DNA of 64,000 nt from NCBI GenBank assembly GCA_951406725.2, contig OX597817.1:71238001-71302000 (forward strand), written 5' to 3'. Positions within the stretch are counted from its first letter, which is position 1. The number at the start of each line of letters is the position of its first letter. Source of the stretch: Octopus vulgaris. Lineage: Eukaryota. Both the position numbers and the translations under genes were made by a program. Positions 55,501 to 64,000 of the stretch are shown here, piece after piece. Below the pieces are notes generated by a model, which was given only the letters and a program-made list of their open reading frames with translations, was not told the origin of the DNA and searched no databases.

Positions 55501-56320
55501 TCAGGTCATCCCATAAGTTCTGTCCGAATTTTGAATAAAGAAAACAGGTGATCAAATGTTATATTTAATTGAAATATAATCATCAATGTACTTTCTCTGA
55601 TTATCTATGACTTCCTTCCATCTATTTACAAGCCTTTTAGTCCCATCAATGTAAAATTCTTTTGGTTTCAAAGCGAAGAACTCTGAAATGTCAGTTTCGA
55701 CCTCTTCCTGGCTTGTGAAAGTTATGTTCCCCAAATGATTCTGTAAACTACGATACAAATAGTAGTCTCAAGAAGCAAGGTCGAGAGAATAAGGTGGATG
55801 AGGAATTTTTTCCCAACCAAGCTCTTCGATCTTCTGTGATGTGATCTTTGAAGTGTGGGATCGCACATTGTCCTGATGAAACATCACGCCTTTCCGATTC
55901 ACTAAAGCGGTTCTTTTGTTTTCTTCAAAGCTTAGTTCAAACGCTCTAATTGCTGACACTAGACTTGAGCGTTGATTGTTGCTTTAGGTGGTAACAATTC
56001 AAAGTGACTTGCTCCTTTGCAATCCCACCAGATAGAGAGAAGAACCATTTTTCGTCACCAGATACAAGTCTATCCATAAAGGGTGAAATGAGTTCGCGAG
56101 AATGGAGAGAAGAGCAGATTTCAACTCGGGATTTGTGATTGCTTTCGGACAATTAATGAGTCACCCATTTTCCAAGTTTAGGTACCTTTCCAAGTTGTTG
56201 AAGATGACGATGAACAGTTGTATGGTTTGAACTAAGCTTTATTGCCAATTCTTCAACTGATAACGCAGGATATTCCCCAAGTAATGCCTCAATGAGCTTA
56301 TCATCAAACTAAGCTGGATG
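55501..56320 (-). mobile_element. Mariner (DD34D-type) relic
   Basis: VSGDEKW; FHQDNVRSH...WEKIPHPPYSLDLAS*DY; RWKEVIDNQRKYIDD; terminal TA-tcaggtcatcccataagttctg. Confidence 0.85.
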
Positions 56321-56748
56321 TTGTACAACTTTTTCAACCTTTTCACGCTTCGTTCTTTCTACCCCCCCTCTCACATTCCTTTGCCTTTCTTAGTCACTTT
56401 CACTTCACTATGTCCCTGTCTTTCTGTTTTTTTCTTGCCACTCCTTAATTCTTCTGTCTATCTGCTACAACTCTCTCGCTCTCTCTCTCTCTCTTCTCCT
56501 CCCCCTCCTTAATTCTTTTCTTCTTCTTTTTCTCTCTCTTCTCTTCTCACGTGACCGAGTGGCCAGACTGCTAGTCCTTTTTGCATCTGACTGCGGTCAC
56601 TGCTACATCGATATTCTTCCCTGTGTTCGTGAAAGTTTTGTATCTCTGCCGTAAGGCTTCATTTCCACACACGCCAGCTGAATTCAATTCGTCCCCAGTC
56701 GAAAGACACCTGTTTTTATGTCTTGTTATTATTATTATTATTATTATT

Positions 56749-57302
56749 GAGTGATAGAGCAGTTCATACCATCAAAGTGACACTGGGGTAAAATATACGA
56801 AGCCCAATATACCCATCATGACTACCCGTCTGATAAAGGTACACCAGGCACATGCATCACAACCATATGTGCGCGACATGGTGATCTCATATCAAGATAA
56901 ACAGCACATGACCTTGCAGGTGGGGCCCAGTTAGAATTTTCTTCTGGTTGAGTAGCCCATCCTGCTCAAACGGTCCCTGAATAAGGGTTGCTTTAGGATG
57001 TTGAACGAAACACCTATGTTTCCAGAGGTGAACCATTCAAACTCCAAAGAATCCCTCTCAACACATGGGCATGATGCTCCCCCACTACTTCTGCTCGTGA
57101 TCAGAGATGCACATATCGTCAGCCACTAAGGGACATGCTCAACTGGTTAAGGTCAAACAACTGACACGCAAATCTGTGGTATTGAGCAGAATATTTGCTG
57201 TAGCCCATCTTTTATACCAAGACAAAACAATGTACATGATAACACTTCCAATCAGTTAAGATCAGAAGCCATGAGAGCCACTGCCTGGTACTGCATCAGG
57301 GC

Positions 57303-57306
<4 letters not shown>
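56749..57306. mobile_element. ~560-bp non-coding insertion embedded in (TTA)n
   Basis: Complex sequence bounded by (TTA)n on both sides, interrupting another repeat. Confidence 0.5.
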
Positions 57307-57348
<42 letters not shown>

Positions 57349-57912
57349 GTATTTTTGTATTTATATTCGTGTAACATCGTCTGTTTTTCCGTCCTTGTTT
57401 TCGTATACATTCGATACTTTTTTTTCCAAGGAATCTAATGCTCTTAGCTTAGTTTTTCCTTGGGGCTGGCCAGATTGGATTAATCTCAAGATTAATCAGC
57501 CGAAACTCTGAGGATGATCCGGTTCTTGACTGAGGATAAAAGGCTTCGAATGACCCGTCCTTGTTTTTTTGTATCGTCTGTCTGGATGTTTTGTTGTCCC
57601 TTTTTGTATCACCTAATTGTCCGGATGTTTTGCGTTCTTGTCCCATTTTGTATTATATATATAAGCGGCGTACGTACACTTTGTTCTCTTATATATATAT
57701 AAATATAAATATAAATATAAATGTAAAAATATATATATATACAAATTGAGATAGAGGTTGTAAATGCAACCCTCCATGGGATAACATATATCCAATATAC
57801 TGCTAGTGAAGTACCCAACAAAGTTAATACATAAATGTTAAGAATTGCGATGCAATTAATTCATTTAATGTATTATATGGGCAAAGGTAAAATGTTTTGC
57901 CACAAATTCATA

Positions 57913-58494
<582 letters not shown>

Positions 58495-58991
58495 CGGTAT
58501 TTTCGTGCAACAAGGGAAACAGAACTCAAAATATGAGTATATGTATAGTTTTATTAATAGTCAGCAGAATAGCAGAAGCAACAGAGTGACTCAAGGTCCC
58601 AGAGGTTCGCGCGTTATATATATGCATAGGCGGATGCTCGCGTGTGTGTGTGCGAATGTCTGTGTGTGTTCACTACAGCGTCAAAACGCAGCTGCCTGTT
58701 ATGTTTATACCTGTAATGTTTATGATAAACGTAAACTCCAGTGCTGAGAGTCCCTTAATTCTAATGGTTATGGACACTACGTCTCGGTGGACAGTTACAG
58801 ACCAGTATACAGTTCTTGAAGAATTCTCAGTCATGACAGAAACCATTCAGATTGAAGCCTCCCTTTCATTCTACGAAGAAAATGAATAATACCGGTAGTC
58901 ATTTACCGTTGTATCGGGTATTTAATTTAGTTAATTTAAGCATGTAGTATCAGCTCCTAAAAACCAAACAAATGAAACTTTATGCCACGCG

Positions 58992-59051
<60 letters not shown>

Positions 59052-59195
59052 TGTATATGTGTGAGTGTGTATGTGTTGCATGTGTGTGTACATGTGTGCG
59101 TGCACAAATTTATATGCATATATGTATATATAGGCATGTATGCGAACATATATTTTTATGTACGCATATGTATATACTTATATATGTATGTCCTG

Positions 59196-59271
<76 letters not shown>

Positions 59272-59296
59272 ATATCTATATATCTATCTATCTATC

Positions 59297-60788
59297 TGGT
59301 TCGGTCGGGACCTCCAAATGGAGAAGAACTGGAACTAGGTAACGAGTAGGGTGGTCACTCTCGCCCAGCAATGGGCCGAGAGGAAACTGTCCCTAAAAGG
59401 TCGGGCGGAGGTGGCGAACACGTACATCGCGTCCATCATCTACTACCGCCTGACCGTCGTACCTTGTCCCGACCCTACCATCACCAAACTAGAACGCATT
59501 CTCTTCCGCTTCTTGTGGAAAGGATGCCTCCCGATGGTCAGGCGATCCATTTGCTGTCAGCACCCGTTAAAAGGAGTGCTGGGCATGCCGTGGTTGATGA
59601 TGCGCAGACACGCGCTGAGACTGCGACGTTTCCGGCTCTATGTAGACGACGGTGAACAGGTGTGGTCGCCGTTTGTGAGGCACGCTTTCCCACAGCTCGT
59701 CTCCATGACCGAACTGCAGTCGTGGATCAAAAAGAGGCCGAGGAAGGGCGAATGGCACCGCGAGTGTCGCGTTGCTCTCAAGCAACTCTGCCGTCCCAGG
59801 TCGACCTTGAGTGACTTCAACACAACCAAAGCATTCTATAGGGGATTAGTGGAGGGGAGGTACGACGACGATCTTGGGGCAAACCTGGGCGTCGACGAGG
59901 AATACCTGACCCACCTGTTTGAAACGACTTTCGGGCCGGGAGCTATGGACAACTTCCAGAGATCCCTGGCCTGGCAGTGCTATCGAGAAGCGCTACCCGT
60001 TCGGGATAAGCTCTATAGGCATGGCTCGAGAAACACGGGGCCGACCTGCCCGAGATGCGGGCAGAGCGACGAAACCGTTCTGCACGCAATCGTGCAGTGT
60101 CCAACAATCTCCGACCAGTGGGCTTATGTCGAACGACTACTGCCACGTGTGGGACGTGTCGGCTTATCAGCCGAGTCTATCGTTAATATCGTCACGCCTC
60201 CTTCCTTCAAAAGGGAAGGAAGAGCTATTTGTATCATACTTGTGTCTATGGCGAAAGAATGTATCTGGTAGACGCGCCTGAAAGGATTAGAGGCAAACAC
60301 TTTCCTCTCTGGTCAATCTCTCATCAACTTCTTCAAGTATCACTTGAAGAGGAAAGTGAGAGTAGAGAGGCAAGTGTTGTCTAGTGGATGTGTTAAAAAA
60401 AGATGGGTGAATGTAGCAAGGATGGCACGTATGAATGAACCGTAAAAATTAATACAGAGAGTTGCTTATTTGTAAAAAAAAAAAAAGAACATAACATGTG
60501 ACTTCGTTGACCGAGGTTACCGTGGTCTTTTCCGTAGGCTTTTCTTTCCACGGGTAAACCTCACCTATCCTCCCCTTTATATTGACATCTCTGTGATAAC
60601 GATCCCTATTGATCGTTTTTTTTCCTTTTCCCTTTTTTTTATCCCCCCACCTTTTTTGTCCTCTTTCTTTCCTTTTTACGATCCCTTTTGATCGAAAACC
60701 AAACCCCTCTTTTTTATCCCCAAAAGAAAAGCTCTACCTTGTAATTTGTCCTGTCTGTGTGCAGCCCTGTGTGGCTAATAAAGAAACA
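59297..60788 (+). mobile_element. 5'-truncated Tx1/L1-clade LINE (post-RT region, zf-RVT, 3' UTR) inside (TATC)n
   Basis: WAERKLSLKGRAEVAN...FRFLWKG...CPRCGQSDETVLHAIVQC; in-frame stops; pyrimidine-rich 3' UTR; AATAAA at 60777. Confidence 0.85.
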
Positions 60789-60863
<75 letters not shown>

Positions 60864-60866
60864 TTA

Positions 60867-60999
<133 letters not shown>

Positions 61000-61544
61000 G
61001 CGAGTGCGCGTGCTTTCAGCTAATGCTACACCTTCCGAAAGGTATAGGCGGGCACATACTAGCGCGCGCGTACACACACACGCACTTAAATATGTGTGCG
61101 TGTCTGTGAGACTTTTTGTGTTTACGCGCACATGCACTCAAAGCTAAATATATGCGTTCACAGCGAGTACAAAGCGAACACACTTATGCACAAGCACACA
61201 CACATTCACCCACCCCCGCACAGTCAAACACTCATTTTCATACAGTCGATTGCATATCCCGTGTGTGATATTTTATCTGCATCTATATATGTTTTACTAC
61301 ACACACACTCACACACACACACACACAAACACACACATACGCACACACACACACACTGATACACAGGTATTAATAAATACATATTCATACAAACATATGT
61401 AGTCATATTAACATACGCTTACATGCATAAACACACACATATACATCCTCATATTTATACAAACGCATACCTACACATAAACACTTAAAACAAACTCACA
61501 CATATACACGCAAACATATATATCATTCCTTCTCTGTGTGTGTA

Positions 61545-61596
<52 letters not shown>

Positions 61597-61639
61597 CATA
61601 CATATATGTATATAGAGAGATGGATAGATAGATAGATAG

Positions 61640-61691
<52 letters not shown>

Positions 61692-61727
61692 CGGAGAGAG
61701 AGAGAATGTAGACGGAGAGAGAGAGAA

Positions 61728-61873
61728 TGTTAGTTATATCCGGTTTATAGGGTTAGCCAGGGTTTCGTGTTTATAAAGCGCTTAGCTCTACAAACGTCTC
61801 TTTACGTGTGTAAAGCTAAGAGCTTTATGGACGCGAAAATCTGCGTGACCCTATGAACCGTCCATAACTTACA
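61728..61873. mobile_element. Imperfect palindrome, probable MITE
   Basis: gttat..cggtttatagggtta..ttcgtgtttataaagcgcttagct pairs with agctaagagctttatggacgcgaa..tgaccctatgaaccg..ataac. Confidence 0.55.
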
Positions 61874-61941
61874 TCCTCTAAATATTCTACTGCTCTACAA
61901 CCTAGTGTGCTTCTCTTTTGGCTTTATGATTTACTGACGAT

Positions 61942-61972
<31 letters not shown>

Positions 61973-61973
61973 T

Positions 61974-62032
<59 letters not shown>

Positions 62033-62281
62033 CTCATATACTACGGCTATACGTGCATTTCTACATATATGTAGATACGAATACAAAGACGCACATTAAT
62101 GTCACATAGAAATTATTTTCTCTTGAATATCATATATTAAAACATGTGAGACCAGTTACTCGACAACCAACATTTGTGAAACTCTAAATTTTATATATAT
62201 ATATGAAGGGTTTAGTTCACTGGTGATCTAAACGAATAAGCTGAGTAAGTGATATAATTGGTCATCCGTTAGGTTCCAAGT

Positions 62282-62387
62282 TCACTCACCAAGAAGCCGA
62301 TACCACACACGGACCTAGGTTTCAAGATAATAGGCAACACACCTTGAAACCTAGGTCCGTGTGTGGTATCGGCTTCTTGGTGAGTGA
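62282..62387. repeat. Perfect 45-bp inverted repeat with 16-nt loop
   Basis: 62282-62326 is the reverse complement of 62343-62387. Confidence 0.9.
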
Positions 62388-62512
62388 TCTCCCTTTGCAA
62401 GACAAAGGACGCCGTGATGGCGTCAGGCCTATCTGGTGACGTTGATGTTCGCCTGGGGCTAAATGCAACAGTGACACCCCCACCACCCTGCCCTGTCCCT
62501 AGCCATATTCCC

Positions 62513-62571
<59 letters not shown>

Positions 62572-63669
62572 TACATTATATGTGTGTTTGTGTTTGTGTG
62601 GGTGTGTGTGTGCTTGTGTGTGTATTTATGCGTTTTTCTGTTCGGGCGTGGAGCATATGTACGTGCACATGTCTAGCAATGTTAGTAATGGAGAGAATTG
62701 TATTTTTTTCTCTTTCACTTCTGTTATTTATTGTACGCCTGACCACTGAGCCAGCTTTGTAGACAAATTTTATAAATATGCGTGCGCACACACATCACAC
62801 TCACACACACACACGCACACACATACACACATACACACACACACGCACACACATACACACATACACACACACACGCACACACATACACACATACACACAC
62901 ACACACGCTCTAACCCGTATTAGTTTAGGTGTCTGCGCAAGCGGTTTTGCGTCTATGCGAGGATGAAAAGACTTGTATGTGCAAGTATAATGAGAATTAA
63001 TATAAATATATAATATACACATATAATATACATATATAATATATACATATATGTGTGTATGTGTCTGTGTGTGTCTGTATACATACGTGTGTGTTAATGT
63101 GTATGCGTACGCTCAGATCGGAGCAAGTGTGTTGTAAAGATAAATTGAGGTATGGGTGGCGAAGCAAAGCTACAGTGCGATCAGTAACAAACTTGTTTGA
63201 AGATTAAAAGATTCTGAGATAAAAAGGAAAACAGAATAATTTCGAAAAGAAAACTTTGTTTTTTTTTAAAAAAAAAACGAAATTCTTCGACTAACGAAAC
63301 GAAAGTTAATTTGGCTAAGAGCATTATATATGCATGCTTATATATATATATATACATGCGTATGCGTATGTATATTTATGTATGTATGTATGTATGTATG
63401 TATGTATGTACATATATATGAATATGTATGTATATATATGTATGAATACACACATATATATATATGTATATATATATACTATTTGTGTATATGTATATAT
63501 GCAGATGTATGCATCCAAACACACACACATACACACACAAACACACACACACGAATACACAGAAACACACACGTGCTAGCGCACACAATTCGTGTGGTGG
63601 CAAATCTTTTATGATTTATAAAGGACCAGAATCTCGTTAAATATCAAAATAAAAATGTTTATAAATCTT

Positions 63670-63708
63670 AGTAGTATTATTATTATTATTAGTAGTAGTA
63701 GTAGTAGT

Positions 63709-63794
<86 letters not shown>
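63670..63794. repeat. Compound (TAT)n-(TAG)n-(CAG)n-(TAG)n microsatellite
   Basis: Read directly from the sequence. Confidence 0.9.
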
Positions 63795-64000
63795 AATTAT
63801 GCAATAAGTTGCTAATAAGGAAATGTGTGTGTGTGTGTGTTGTGTAACGAAGAGAACAAATCTTGCAGAATCAGACACGGGACAGAAATTATTAAATGTA
63901 ATGGAGGATGTCTGGTGAATTAGATAACAACTTGTTTGTTGATTGATTACCCAATTTCGATGGAACTAACCAATAGTGGAGCCTCTTCATCATCGCTGTG

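Noticed and set aside
63609-63878. Poly-Leu (or poly-Gln/Ser) ORF
   Set aside because: Compound trinucleotide microsatellite without coding context

Overview
AT-rich, microsatellite-dense eukaryotic DNA, almost entirely intergenic or intronic. The repeat families resemble those I recall from octopus (cephalopod) genomes; this assignment is an inference. No host protein-coding gene can be supported. The window holds: two related CR1-group LINEs (APE + RT) head-to-tail on the minus strand, both ending against (TA)n; a full-length but disabled IR/DR Tc1 (DD34E); a Tx1/L1-like fragment inside (TATC)n; a Penelope-like RT relic; a non-autonomous Helitron; mariner relics and MITEs; and several SINE families. 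The first LINE is nearly full length, with an ORF1 carrying a Myb/trihelix-like and a CCCH-like domain and a 1.75-kb modular tandem array upstream. Main leads: (1) a 3'-terminal motif and covarying stem-loop shared by both LINEs and the commonest SINE, a candidate LINE/SINE partnership; (2) hammerhead-ribozyme motifs, including a near-canonical one duplicated in a ~200-bp-arm foldback; (3) the unusual ORF1 and 5' array; (4) different retroelements each sitting in a different microsatellite. Most short ORFs in the track are translated microsatellite.
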